Below, piece by piece: positions 41,566 through 56,537 of a DNA stretch of 64,000 nt (positions are counted from its first letter, which is position 1; each line of letters begins with the position of its first letter). Under the pieces are notes generated by a model. The model ran no database searches. It worked only from the letters and a program-made list of their open reading frames with translations, and was not told the origin of the DNA. Where the stretch lies: positions 61,102 to 125,101 of the forward strand of contig JAQGDQ010000511.1 in assembly GCA_030141605.1 (NCBI GenBank). Direction: 5' to 3'. The position numbers were made by a program, and so were the translations under genes. Origin of the DNA: Tubiluchus corallicola (lineage: Eukaryota > Animalia > Priapulida).

Positions 41566-42143
41566 ACGAAGACAGGATGCTTTTTCATATACTACCCCAT
41601 TTTCAAGTACAGTAAAAAGTATACATTTTAACACAATTAATACTGCAAAAGCGTTTCTGATAATTAAATGATAGATTAGAAACTTAACTAATGACAGGTG
41701 AGCCGAGCTGTTGACGACATCACAAACTAACATAATTTTCGAGAACAAAAACGTTCCACAAAAGTTGAACGTGTTTGCGAAAGAGAAAGTCGAAGTACAG
41801 TGCTACTGTAAGATATTCAACGTGTTGTAATAAAACTAGGCAAGTTGTAAGGTAAAAATTCAAATTTCAAATTTACAAATTTATCTGAAACGAGCTATCG
41901 AACGCGTGCAGTTCGTCACAAACTAACATATCTGAACTAAGAGGTACAGCACCTATTTTTGTGCAATGCGTTTCCGAAATGCAGGTGCTAGTGCACGTCT
42001 AACTAACGAATGGCAAAATGTGCGTAACAGCGGAGAACTAGTGGCGCCAACGCGAAATTGCGTTTGTGTGGTAATAATTCTTTCACGTAAGTCATTTTAA
42101 AGAGTAGATTGTTTTAACCTACACTTTAAGATTGAGTTTTGCT
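41566..42143 (-). mobile_element. Kolobok-type MITE, family B (reversed)
   Basis: Reverse-complement homology to 33481-34093; TTAA on both sides. Confidence 0.75.
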
Positions 42144-43133
42144 TTAATGTATTGCGATACGGTAGGGTCTATTACTGATCGCAGTATTTTCACCATCCGC
42201 AATGAGGAAAGATGAAGTGCATTTTAAGGAGAAATATAATAGTTAGTTAGTTTCAGGATATAATTAAACAGATAGTTAATTCAAAAATACGAGTAGTTCA
42301 TATGTTGAAAAATAACATGTTTTCTTGCTCTTCTGAGACCTGAGAAATCTATTGGTCAGATGCATGGTGACCAGAAAGATGTAAACGACCAGTGGACGGT
42401 TTAATTTTGAATTTGAATTTAAACCTTAATTTGTTTCAGAATTTCTTTCATATAAAAAATAGGAGGTAAAAACGTACAAAAAAAGACAACATTATACAAA
42501 AAAACGGTAAAACACCACTACTATATACAGCACATACAATCACCCCCCCACCCCGGGGACATTTCATTCGCATATGCGTTATATACACAATAAAACATCA
42601 GTAAAACTAATACTACGATCAAAGACTACATAAATACAGTGAAATGTCTACAATAAAGTTTTTATAAAGTCATTTTAACCTGTTTGATACGTCAGCTAGT
42701 GCTGGTGCATTTTTGATTGATACCTGCTTTCATTATTCCATATGTTTAGTACATCAAGGTTTAGAATCATAGATGCACATGACAATACAATATTTTCAAC
42801 TGCAAGCTTTATTTATTTATTTTCTTTATTTATTATTATTATCGCATTCAGTACAATATAATGACATTAACCACACAGTGACATCAAAATTGTTACATCA
42901 TACTGTATTAAATTGTTATGTTTCATACACTATGGTTATCATAAAAGAATAATTGTACTGCAGTGGGCTAGAGAAGCAAAGGCTTGTATAAGCCCACTGT
43001 CATGTGAACCAGATAAAAAAAGAATGGATGAGTGAACAAAAAAAAACTGGGAGAAATTTTAGATCACACAGGAAGGATAGAAGGATGTGTTAGTGGAAAT
43101 GGTAGGAAGAAAGATAATAGATTGTGCTATGTT

Positions 43134-44449
43134 CAGGGCACTTTATTTATGACTTTAGTCATAAATTGCATAAATAGCTTATTTAATACTAATTTCAGAT
43201 TTTATTTATGACTATTTATGACGTGTCAAATTTTGACCAAAAATGCCATCCTGAGCTAAAAGAAATACATATTTTTAATCAGAATCTTGTATTTTGCCTT
43301 TCTTCGTTCTTCATTACATTAAAATGTAATAAAAATGTCTACTTTCATCATTCCAAGGCCTGAAGTTTCTCGTATTGTTTTGCATGCAGGCATCCCTCCA
43401 GACTGAAATCCGTGATCGTGTTTATAATAATTATAGTATCGGTTTTAATTTGTTTAGGATGACCTATAAAATTACTGCTCATAAAAATCAATCTATTAAT
43501 TAATTCGTACAGTCACAATTCGTAGCCACAATTAGTACAAGTAAATAATGTATTTTTTTAAATATCGATTTTAAATTTAATGTTGGAAAATACTATTGGC
43601 TATTACATCTTTCTAGGGAACCGTCACGTATGTTTTCTAATTAAAATTACATTAAGCAAAATAACTAAACAAGAAAAACAGTTAAATTTTAATGACAATG
43701 AAGCAACAAATTCTCCCAAAGATAAAATATGCTCAAATTCTAGCAGACGGCATTATTCTTATTTCTTGAGGATGAGGCAGTAAGGCACGGGAAACGCTTG
43801 CGGCAAACTCGAGCTAAAACCTACACCCAAGCCATTGACTTACGCCGCTTAGGGGTAAGCATCGAAGTTCGGTTCGATTCGAATTCGAAAGTCACAAATT
43901 CGGTTCGATTCGAATTCGCTTTCTGGTAGAGAATGCTCACCCCTAACGCCGCTAGGATGAGAAAGGCACTGAAATGAACGTGCAAAGAAAAGAATTAGAA
44001 GTGTAGATTTCTGTTATTGTGCAGAGCGTAGGTTTGAGGCGGCAGAACTTTAGGACATTAAAATAGGTAAGCTGTCTTTAATTCAAATTTTCGATGGAAC
44101 GACAACGATTCTGTCGGTGCCTATTTATTTTTTCGCGGTAACGCGCTCATTTACTTTTTATTATTTAGGTTACTTCTAGACGAGTTAATGACAGATAAAC
44201 GCATCAGTTAGACAGTCTCAGTTACTGTGTTAGTCCACCAAACAGTCACGCGCAAGCTTCTTATGGACTGCCTGTGTGTGTGGGAGAGAGAGAGAGAGAG
44301 AGACGGTGGAAACAGTTTTCTGTACTGAATTTTTTGTTCCATTCATCGGGAAATGATTATTTTTCTTTCGTTATTTATGACAAATTTGAAATCTTATTTA
44401 TGACTATTTATGACTATTTTGCAAGAAAAGTCATAAATAAAGTGCCCTG
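43134..44449. mobile_element. hAT non-autonomous element with perfect 8-bp TSD
   Basis: GCTATGTT|CAGGGCACTTTATTTATGACTTT ... AAAGTCATAAATAAAGTGCCCTG|GCTATGTT; ATTTATGACT subterminal repeats. Confidence 0.93.
43850..43945. mobile_element. 96-bp mini hAT element nested in 43134-44449
   Basis: ACGCCGCT|TAGGGGTAAGCAT ... ATGCTCACCCCTA|ACGCCGCT; internal TTCGGTTCGATTCGAATTCG x2. Confidence 0.88.
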
Positions 44450-44949
44450 GCTATGTTGCATGGGATTGGATGGGATTGTCTAGGATATGAAATTATCACA
44501 GAGTTGGCGGTTAAATAATTCGAAAGCACATTGACACTGCCTGGAATATAGCTATCCGTAAATTATGGAAGTTGTCGTATAGAGTTCACACTTTCGTTTT
44601 TCCCCGTATTGTTGATACTGTTCAACCGAGTAAGCACTGTGCGAGACGGTTTCGTAAATTCTATATAGCATGTGAAAACAGTAGTAACTTTATAGCCAAA
44701 TGTACGTTATATGACGTAAACTCAATAATGTTGTATAAAATTGTTACAGAAAATAATGTTAACCCTAGAAGATGTATTTAGAAATTTTCATGTGTTATCT
44801 CGTAAAAAAGGATGCGAGTTAAATTCCAGGCAGCTATCGACAATAAACTTACCAAAACATTGTTGAAAATAGGAATTTTAAATTTTTTTCAAAGTGTTAG
44901 TTGAGCGAAACGTTAGAATATGTGGTGTTTTTTAAGTTAATTGCTTTTC

Positions 44950-45468
<519 letters not shown>

Positions 45469-45619
45469 AGAATTTAATATTTATTTTTGCTTTTGCTACT
45501 CTACTAATTTCTTTTAATTGAACCACTTATGTAACTTAACTGTAAAATAAATGATGTTACTAATAGAGGGCAGTGACACGTCTTCTTAAGTTTCCTCATG
45601 AATCTTATTATTTCTTTAG

Positions 45620-45764
45620 CGTACCCGGAAGAGTAACGAAGACACCGGAAATCAAGTGGCACAGGATGATGACGGGAGGTGTGATTACTGCCTCTGGACA
45701 GCTGAGAAGAATGGGACTGGCGAGCCTGAAGGTCTGCTAGTGTGCAAAGATTGCAGTGCAAAAG
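45620..45764 (+). CDS. SAMD1: SAMD1-like gene, coding exon 2 (145 nt): start of PHD1 of the double PHD finger
   Basis: ttatttctttAG|RTRKSNEDTGNQVAQDDDGRCDYCLWTAEKNGTGEPEGLLVCKDCSAK(A)|GTATCT; phase 0 to 1. Confidence 0.9.
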
Positions 45765-46050
45765 GTATCTGTTTCTCGGCTTTATTAAACAAAAACTAGT
45801 TACGTTTTAATAATTTCGAGCAGTTCGTTTATTTTGTTACGGAACTGGAATGGAATTAATGCGCATTGTGGGTAAATAAATTGATCCGTTACGTTCCGCT
45901 AGTAATAGTTTGCACAGGAAGCATTTGCCTTTAACAGTTGTGTGAATTTTATTCACATGCTGCGATGTTCTTTTATGCTTTTATAGTTGTGAATATCGAT
46001 TATTTTTGGCAAATAAAGATTATTATATATATTATATATAATACCTTTAA

Positions 46051-46776
46051 ATGGAAACCGTACCCAATCTTAAACTGTAGCACAAAACAATCTGCTCTGC
46101 AAAATATTGAAAGGAAACGTAGTGTGTTTTTTCAAGAATGCCTTACGTGAAAGAATTATTACCACAGAAATAAGTGTTTAGTGTTTCGCTGTTACATGTT
46201 TTTCGCTAATTAGACGGGCACTAGCGCATACATCTCGGAAACGCGTTGCAGGTTTTGTACTTCTTAGTTCAGAGCTGTTCAGTTGTGACGTACTGTACAC
46301 GTTCGAGAATTCATGCGTGAGCACAGCAGTAACCTTGATATTTGAATTTTAAATTTGCCAAGTTTTTTGTATATCACCCTGAATGTTATACAGTAGCACT
46401 GTATTTCAATTTTCTCTTTCGCAAACACGTGCAGCACGCTCGTAGAATATTTTTGATGTTGAAAATTATGTGTGTTTGTGACGGCATCAATAGTTCGGCT
46501 CGCCCGCCGTTAATTAAGTTTTTAATCCATTATTTAATTACCACAAACACTTTTACAATATTAACTGTGTTAAAATGTATACTTTTTAATGGACTTGAAA
46601 ATGGGGTAGTTTATTAAAAATCATCCTGTGTTCCTTCATCACTACTGGGTTTTTCTGTGGTCAGTTAGGTTCTTAACTTATTATTTAATTATCTGAACAC
46701 TTTGACATTATTAAATGTGTACTTTATACCGTACTTCAAAATTTGGAGAGGGTTTGAAAAATCATACTGTTTTCCT
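46051..46776 (+). mobile_element. Kolobok-type MITE, family B (duplicated right part)
   Basis: Homologous to 33481-34093; ends TTTTCCT|TTAA. Confidence 0.7.
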
Positions 46777-47721
46777 TTAACAAATTGACTTTATCTGCCT
46801 TAGCGGTTTTTATTGGCAACGGGTCCCGTCAGCTGCATGCAAACTGTTACTCTTAATGTTGTTTTTGTGCACCGAATGACGTGAAAACAATTCTTGCTCT
46901 AAAAAGTCACTTAAGGTTTCTTTACAACATAATTGGAGTTTCTTGTTTCGTGGTGTAATTAAAGGAAAACGGTATCCAATTTTACACCACAGCTCAGAGA
47001 AAAGCTGTCTTCTGAAATATATTTTTTAAAGAATGATTTACATTAATTGCATTATCACCTCAAAGTCCAATTTCGTTAGTTTTTTCACCAAATAACACCT
47101 GTTACAAATAGCCAAAAAATAGGCGCTGTACCTGACCAGTTTTGGGTAACTACGTATACACTACACAGCTACTCAACTGTTGAGTTTTTGTCTCACAGTC
47201 GTTGTGATGCGGCGGTGTTTGTATTTTTGGTATTTTTTATGCAAAATTTCCTCAACAAGACCAAATAAGAAGCTAAAAGATAAAAAAAATGAGTACAGGT
47301 CCAGAGAAACAGTATATATAATTTGCTAGTGATGGCAGGTCGCAGGGAAAACGCAGCCCAACCCTGAACAATCCTAGACGCAAAAAACTGTTGATAAGTC
47401 CAGTTTTCCCCGGGCTTTTTGTCTGTGGAATTCTCTAGCAGAAACTTGATTCTCTGGAAATTTGAAGCTTATTCGATTGAAGAACATCAGAACGCCAGAT
47501 ACCAGTCAGGTCCCTTGATAAATCGCATTCTTCTCTATACACAACCTAATTTCAAACCTGCCTTGTCTTGCCTAACCCTTTCTCACTGTCAATGTTGTGC
47601 TTACAAGATGTTCTTTCAACAAACATTGAAGTATTTTATTGTAAACAATTAGTTTTTTGGCAGCCATTTTGTAATTATTGTTTCACATCATTGAATGTAC
47701 TTCGTTTTTTGTGAGAAATAA

Positions 47722-48092
47722 ATCTAAATCTTATCTAATCTGATCTGATCTGATCCGATCCGATCCGATCCGATCCGATCCAATCCAATCCAATCTAACG
47801 TAATCTAATCTAATCCAATCCAGTCCAATCTAATCTAACGTAATCTAATCTAATCCAATCCAATCCAATCCAATCCAATCCAATCCAATCCAATCCAATC
47901 CAATCCAATCCAATGCAATGCAATGCAATGCAATGCAATGCAATGCAATGCAATGCAATGCAATGCAATGCTATCCTATCCTATCCTATCCTATCCTATC
48001 CTATCCTATCCTATCCTATATTATCCAATCCAATCCAATGCAATCCAATCCAAATCAATCCAATCCAATCCAATCTGATTTGATCTAATCTG
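47722..48092. repeat. Compound pentanucleotide microsatellite (ATCTA/ATCTG/ATCCG/ATCCA/ATGCA/ATCCT)
   Basis: Read directly; begins right after AAATAAA at the end of a LINE-like 3'UTR. Confidence 0.95.
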
Positions 48093-48154
48093 TTAAGAAC
48101 TAAAACTATTAGCGAATTAAAATAGTAGACGTATGCCATTTTTTTACTTTCTAG

Positions 48155-48267
48155 CTCACCCATCATGCATGCATTACTCACCAGAGCTGGCGTTACGTTC
48201 ACGTATGTCACCTTGGCAATGCTTTGACTGTAAAACTTGCAACGTATGCTCGGACTCTGGAAATGCG
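48155..48267 (+). CDS. SAMD1: SAMD1-like gene, coding exon 3 (113 nt): end of PHD1, start of PHD2
   Basis: tttttactttctAG|(A)HPSCMHYSPELALRSRMSPWQCFDCKTCNVCSDSGNA|GTAAGT; phase 1 to 0. Confidence 0.93.
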
Positions 48268-49142
48268 GTAAGTTGAATCGTTTGTCCACTGGATTTCACT
48301 GGAACCAGGACACGTGAGGGTGGTACTGTTTCTTTCACAGCCCAGTACAGTGCGCTCACAGCTCCAGCAAAGTGCTGTTTGGCTGTTGTGCGCATGTCCG
48401 ACATGTCTGAACCCAGGTAGAGAAGGTACTGTCTCTCGCGCAGTTTGTCGTCAGTTGTTACGTGTTCATCGTGAATGGATCAAGCTTGAACTGCTACAAA
48501 GAATATTCTTTTACGATTTTATCAAGTTTATGTATAAACCTTCATGATTTTGTTTGTTTAAAATAAAAATTCCAACATTAAAATTAGTTGTGTTTGCTTC
48601 GTTTTACTCAGCATTAAGACAATGGCTAAAAACTTTCGGAAGCAGCCCCCCCCCCACTAATTTTAGCTACGAGTCGCCACTGTCCAGCCTGGCTAGATGA
48701 ACGTTTGGTAAACGATGCAGTACCTAAAGGTCATTAACGCTTCAGCCTTCTCGAAGCCAGTGGTCAAACTTGTAGTAGTCGGTCGCAGTCGTTTGTGTGT
48801 CTTCCCAGCTGAGTTTTTGCAACGTAATTCAGTAGGAAATTACACTGAATGTCTATTGATTATTCCGGGATTTGATGATAGAAAATTGGGCGTTTTATTT
48901 AGGTTACTGTACCACAGTTTTTATGTACGCAATGTTAACAGACTGACAAGGAAAATTTGCAGAATTTTGTTGAAAATTACAGAAAATTTGTAGTTCGTGT
49001 GGAAAGGTTATTCAGTTATTCGTTTGAGCACTTTTAGTACTGCTAGAACCTGAATTGAAAACCGGTTGATCCATCGTGAAAAATTAACAACCCGTAGATA
49101 ATTATTGTCTTTTCTCCACGTATGTTTAGTTTTTTACTTTTG

Positions 49143-50303
49143 CTATGGGGGTGAGCAGAGCGTTCCTTAAAGAGGGCTGCTCAGTCGCCCAGGGGGCTGC
49201 CGAACTCCGCTGCTGCCTCGGTCAGATGAGAGTGACCACGTGCCCTGTGTGTAGGTTTGTGACTGCAGCTTGAGTGTAATGCGCCACTTGCTGGTTCGCC
49301 ACTCCTCCATCGCCACAGGACTTTGAATTTTTGGTGGTGACCTGTCATCATGACTTGTGCATGACTTGGTTTAAAGCGAGGGAGGGATTGCACCAGGTCG
49401 CCAGCCTCACTCTCTCCATGCCAGGTGGTGACCTGTCATCATGACTTGTGCGTGACTTGGTTTAAAGTGAGGGAGGGATTGCAGCAGGTCACTAGCCTCA
49501 CTCTCTCCACGCCAGGTGGTGACCTGTCATCATGACTTGTGCGTGACTTGGTTTAAAGTGAGGGAGGGATTGCAGCAGGTCACTAGCCTCACTCTCTCCA
49601 CGCCAGGTGGTGACCTGTCATCATGACTTGTGCGTGACTTGGTTTAAAGTGAGGGAGGGATTGCACCAGGTCGCCAGCCTCACTCTCTCCACGCCAGGTG
49701 GTGACCTGTCATCATGACTTGTGCGTGACTTGGTTTAAAGGGAGGGAGGGATTGCACCAGGTCGCCAGCCTCACTCTCTCCACGCCAGGTGGTGACCTGT
49801 CATCATGACTTGTGCGTGACTTGGTTTAAAGTGAGGGAGGGATTGCAGCAGGTCACTAGCCTCACTCTCTCCACGCCAGGTGGTGACCTGTCATCATGAC
49901 TTGTGCGTGACTTGGTTTAAAGCGAGGAAGGGATTGCACCAGGTCGCCAGCCTCAGTCTCTCCACGCCAGGTGGTGACCTGTCATCATGACTTGTGCGTG
50001 ACTTGGTTTAAAGGGAGGAAGGAATTACACCAGGTCGCCAGCCTCACTCTCCCCACGCCAGAAGTATGGTTTTTGGGAAAGGCAGAGCCAGTACATCTGG
50101 TACTTCAGGCATCGCAGGAGTTGTCGGAATCCTGGTGCTATGCAACATGACCCGTCTGTAGGAACTCCAGCTCCGGATTTTTCCTTGGGGTTTACTCCCG
50201 AAGCCTTTCTCACGGAGTGTTTAGCCACACGGCAGTGGAGGTTTGTGATCAGTGTTTTCCTTCATCTAGATGGATTGCCTGCCAGGGAGCCCCATCTACC
50301 CCC
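49143..50303 (-). mobile_element. GC-rich RTE-clade LINE 5'UTR-like segment containing a 91-bp array
   Basis: Minus strand GAAGGAAAACACTGATCACAAACCTCCACTGCC...GGAGTAAACCCCAAGGAAAAATCCGGAGCTGGAGTTCC resembles RTE-clade 5'UTRs as I recall them. No ORF follows. Confidence 0.5.
49333..50060. repeat. 91-bp minisatellite x8
   Basis: GGTGGTGACCTGTCATCATGACTTG at 49333, 49424, 49515 ... 49970. Confidence 0.97.
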
Positions 50304-50927
50304 AAAGTACTTTTAATTAGTACGTAATTACAGGGGTCGTCTTTAGTATAGTATAGTAACATCGTTATTTGTCATAATATATTGAGAATTATAACAAAAT
50401 GCGATGCTCACTCAGCGGAAGTTAAAAACATACATTGTTGGAGGCAAATGCAACCAGTGCAAAAACTAAATTACAGGTATAAAAATAAAATACAACTTTA
50501 AACTTAAACTTTACATATTTTACAAAGTGGCTATCATCAAAATTAAATAGTTTAATGTGACCTGAGGTAAGTGTATTCTGCATTAGTGTGTAAATTGTCA
50601 CATTGGTAAGTTGCGTGTTCGAATCTTGACATTATTAAAGCTTTTATTTTACTTTTGAATTCGGTTAATGATTTAACACGTTTGATTTCGATTGGCAGTG
50701 AATTCCAGAGCTGGACGGCTTTTTTTTATTGAATTATTTCCAAAGTGATTGTTGGTTCTAGTTTGTTTCAAACTAAATGTTCTGGCGTTTAACTCGGGGT
50801 TTTTGAGTGGTGCTAATGTGTTACTTTCGAAAGGAATACTTAAATTATTTATATATTTGAAAATGAATAATAATGTATGATAATCGTTATGAGCTTCTAC
50901 GATTGAGATTCTTAGCTCGTTTCTTAA

Positions 50928-51608
50928 AGAACAAGAAAAAGGGGAACCTGAAGTAAGTTTCAGAAAAATCGCCTTAAAAAATTATATTACTTTGTAGCAA
51001 TTTTATGCGAATATCTTATTCGCGTGGAAAGGAATTTTTGTTTGTTTTCATTTTAAATCTCCAGCAATATTGTTCCGAAGTCGCCATTACATGACGTCAT
51101 GTACCAAACGTAAATCAAGGGAAGAAAAGGCAATGTTAAATTATGTCTCAAAAGACTTTCTGTGCAAATCTACATTACTTGGATTTTCGCTTACCTACTA
51201 GAAAGACTTATGTAACTAGAAAAGAAAATTATTAATTATTTAGAATGTTTTCACTAATTGGTAAAATGTTGCTGACTCACCCTCCAGGGTGCACCACTTA
51301 CTAACCAAATAACATATTTTTAATCTTATTGACAAGATACAGTAATTTTAAATTTTATTTAGTAACATGTGTGCTACGAATGCTCTGATCATTTTTTCAA
51401 ACTTTACTCAATGTTATCTAAACTTGTTTCAAATGACCTGTCGTGAAAATGGCTGCGTCTAACGGTCATCGCGGGAGTTTAAATTTACATGTTTTATACA
51501 GCGTGACTGCCGATTGAAGTTCTGCGTGCAAAAAGGCAATATGTAAATGATATAAAATTTCAAAACGAATTTTTAAAGCTTTGTGTTTATGAAGGGTTTT
51601 CTTGTGCT
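50928..51608 (-). mobile_element. Kolobok-type MITE, family A, full length, inserted in a LINE fragment (~50480-51700, minus)
   Basis: TTAA|AGAACAAGAAAA ... TTTTCTTGTGCT|TTAA. Excising it restores CSVTNLRNELRISIVEAHNDYHTLLFIFKY on the minus strand. Confidence 0.87.
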
Positions 51609-52679
51609 TTAAATTAGTTACAGAACATACATTCTCATATAGAATATATTGTTTGCTTTGTATTCATGATTTGTGTGACAATCCTAATATTAATTTTAGT
51701 GCGTAGTTTTGTAACATTTTCATTTTTATAAAATTTTCTCTTTTGGTTTTCTCTTTTGGTACATACAAGAGTACACAGCCATATACATTGTATGTTTTCA
51801 TAGTTGGCCTCTTACTTATCGTCACATGAAGTGTTTATAAATGTTTGTTTCATTTAATTCAGGCAGAGGTACGTATTTCACTAATATTTACGTCAGAATT
51901 ACAGGAAAACAGATTTTTTTTTTCACTTAAAAAGTTTCAAGTTTTTTTATACGACACTGAATATTATATAGTAGCACTGTACTTAAATTTTCGCAAAAAC
52001 GCACAACACGCTTATGGAATGTTTGTGTTGTTCAAAGTGTTCAGTTGTGACGTCGTCACTAGCTGGGCTCTCCCGCCATTAATGAAGTTTTTAATCTATC
52101 ATTTCATCATTATCGCTTTGGCATTGTTATCGGTGTTAAAATGTACATTTTTTACCGTCCATTAAAATTATCCGTTTTCCTTTAAATAACTGTGTTCTAC
52201 ATTATATCACGTGCTTAATACGAAAGTTAAGAGCTATAATTTCTCCGTATTACATGTGAATTTGGCAGTATGCTTTTGAACAACTTGTCTCGTTTGCAAA
52301 CTTAGTGATCCATTACACTGTTACCTGCAGAGAAGTGCACCTGTTGATCGATAATGCTTGTTTAGCTGACGTCACACTTGTTATTATGACTGATTGATTT
52401 CGGTTTCTACAAGAATGTACAACCCTGTGCGATCGGAAGCATTTGTAGAAGTCAGAGTCTTGATGTCGATACGTTTACAACCTTTTACAGCGAGGCATTG
52501 CTGAATTTCGTTTAGCTTTAGAGCACTATGCGTTGTGAAGCTCACAGGCCACATTGCTAGTACACGACTGCTATACATATTGTCAAACGCGTGACTCCCT
52601 ACATAAAGTGTCCCATGCGTTAGTCTCAATATATTTGAGCCGTCTCAAATATGTTACGGGCAATGTATAAAATTTACAC

Positions 52680-53055
52680 ATTATTATTGTTGTTGCTGTT
52701 GCTGCTACTGTTGTTGCTGTTGTTGTTATTGTTGCTGTTGCTGTTGTTGTTGTTGTTGTTTGTTGCTGTTGTTGTTGCTGTTTCTTCTGCTGTTGCTGCT
52801 GCTGTTATTATTATTATCATTATCATTATCGTCATCATCACCACCACCATTATCATCATCATCATCACCTCCACCGCCACCACCATCATCATTATCACAA
52901 TCGCCATCGCCATCGTCGTCGTCATCATCATCGCCATCGTCATCATCGTCATCATCATCATCACCATCATCATCATTACCACCATCATCATCATCATCAT
53001 CATCATCATTATTATTGTCATTAATAATAATTATCATTATTATTATCATTATTGT
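52680..53055. repeat. Compound trinucleotide microsatellite (TTG/CTG to ATC/ACC/ATT)
   Basis: Read directly. Confidence 0.95.
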
Positions 53056-54614
53056 TAATTTGTACCATTACTTACAGGTACAGCACATATGTTCATATAC
53101 ACAAAATATAACAAGGAAAAGTTAGTTAAAACACTCACAAAAGAAATTAGTACGCTTAACATAAACAATGATCGTACATAATCTTATATAAATATATATA
53201 ATCTTATATATAATCTTATATATCTTTAGTTTTCACATATCCTTCACGGATAATCTTGTAAACACAGATTAAAACACCAATAACTAGTTTTTTTTAACAT
53301 TCATGTTAGCAAACCTTAAAGAGAAGCCATACTTTAAGTGTCAGTTGCAATCGTTAGTTAAATTAATTGAATAGTATCGATGTTCAAGTTTTGAATTTTC
53401 TTTAAGAATTCCCCGAATATTTGAATTTTATAAATTTCCTGGGCATTTTATGCAATTCAATAAAAGTTTGAAATGTAAATTTTTCAGTCCGGATTTTTCA
53501 TACTTTGCTTAGACGTTTTATGCAATACCTAGGATACAGGCTGTACAGAATACGTAAAATGACTTTGGCAAAATGTAAAACGAACATTATTTTTGTTGAC
53601 TCTAATTGTTCCTAGGCATTTTGTACACTACCTAGGTATTGTAGTGTGATCAATCTGTCTAAGCAAACGTTCGCAATACCTAGGAATAGTGTTGAAGAAA
53701 TTATTTTAAACATTTTACCTGGTTTGTTTTGGCAGTTCGTAAAATGTCTAGGTATTATATGGAGTGATGGTTTCCCACATTGCCTGTAATTGTACTCTCC
53801 TTAACGTCCCTAACATGCCACGTAGTTATTTTCTTTTTTAGTGTCTTCATTTTATAAGTCATAAGTCATTTATTTCACATTACACATTTACAATAGCTTC
53901 ATGTACAATATCTAGTGAAAGGGCCTACAATGAACATAATACAAATAAGAAATACTGCACAGGAAAAGCCTCAAACACTGTTCACTTATATACGAAGGTA
54001 AATGTGTTGCGGGCAATCAAAAAGCAGGGCTTGTTAGATTGTCCCACACAGTGAAAGAAATAAAGTAATGGAAATAATCTGAAAATTTAAAGTGAATCGT
54101 GATTAAAAAAACATTATTGCTTAAAATGGAATGATGTAATGAATGAAGCTCATATATGGGATGATATAAAAGATAGAAAGAATATTATTTGTTAATAGTA
54201 TGTAAAATTAAGATAACTTGAGTAAGATAACACCACTGTTTTGCCTCTACTGTGAGGATGGATACTGATAGAAGTTTTGATTACTCACTGATACTTACTT
54301 AAAATTAGATTTTTTAGCATTTTTTTTAATCTAGTAATAGATCTGCTATTTTTTGCGGATTGACAAATCTCATTCTAGACTTTTGGTCCTTGAAATATTA
54401 TAAAATGTTTAGCTATGTTGGTTCTACAGAAAGGCACAATGTATTGACAGTTTAAGATGGCCACTCCATTTTAATAATCTCCCAAATGTCAATTTACTTT
54501 TTAGCTCAGCGAGTTTTCTACATTAAGGTTGTGTATGATAGAGACCGAAAGGGAAATATATACCACAAAACTTTCTGTACAAGGTTATATTGCTCACCTA
54601 TTTGAAAAACTTGA

Positions 54615-54795
54615 AATTGTAATTGTAAATGTAAATGTAATTGTAATTGTAATTGTAAATGTAAGTGTAGTTGTAGTTGTAATTGTAATTGTAATTGTAA
54701 TTGTGATTGTGATTGTGATTGTAATTGTAATTGTAAGTGTGATTGTAATTGTAATTGTAAGTGTAAGTGTAAGTGTAAGTGTAAGTGTAAATGCA
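54615..54795. repeat. Hexanucleotide microsatellite (GTAATT/GTGATT/GTAAGT)
   Basis: Read directly. Confidence 0.93.
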
Positions 54796-55267
54796 ACTAA
54801 AAAAGGAAATTCTTAATTTAAAATATTTGCGCCAGCTGGTAAAACGTCACTGCATCTCCATCCCAGTGTGCACCACTGATTCACCAAAAAGAACACATTA
54901 TTGATCTTATTGACAATATAAATTAATTTAAACTTTTGCATAATTAGCAAAGAATGTGCATAGGAACGCTTTGATTATTTTTTAAAATTTTTCGCAATGT
55001 TAAAATGGCTGCTCCTATCTGTCATCGCTGGAGTTTAAATTTTCAAGTTTTGTACAGCGTTACTGCTAACGCAAGCCCTGCATGCTATAACACAGCATTA
55101 AGTGACATAAATGATGATGATGATGATAATAATAAGTCTTTATTTGCCTTTTTTTGCAGGCAAAAATGTCTGTACAGACATTATACAATTTTACATAGAC
55201 ACAAGAGTGAATTCTACAATATTACTGTAATAGATTTCTACAACTAAACTGTAATAGATTTTCATCA

Positions 55268-56100
<833 letters not shown>

Positions 56101-56455
56101 TACATGTTACTCATTCTGTAATTAATTTATACGTATAACATCATTTACAGTAACGTTAAATAAGGAGTATTAAAGTTGAGTGCTAAAATGAAGGTTATTA
56201 CTGAAGCAAGTTTCCTGTCTAGTAACATAAAAATGCAGATAAATCAATATACTAAAGTGAAATAAAGTTTCAAGGCAAATTTTCGAGTTTCGTTTATGAA
56301 GAGTGTTTTCAGTGCACTTTCTTACAACTTGTGTGATAGCATCTGTCAGTAAGTCTGTTTGAACTCTATACACTAAATTAGTAGAGATTAGAAAGCAGCA
56401 CTTAGACCCTGTGAAATGTATAAACCATTGATGTATTTTTCGTTGATTTTTGTAG

Positions 56456-56537
56456 GATTCTATGCTGTTTTGTGATGCTTGTGACAAAGGATATCACATG
56501 CAATGCCACACACCACCAGTCTCAAAGAAACCCACAG
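56456..56537 (+). CDS. SAMD1: SAMD1-like gene, coding exon 4 (82 nt): PHD2 core
   Basis: gatttttgtAG|DSMLFCDACDKGYHMQCHTPPVSKKPT(G)|GTTTGT; phase 0 to 1. Confidence 0.93.
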
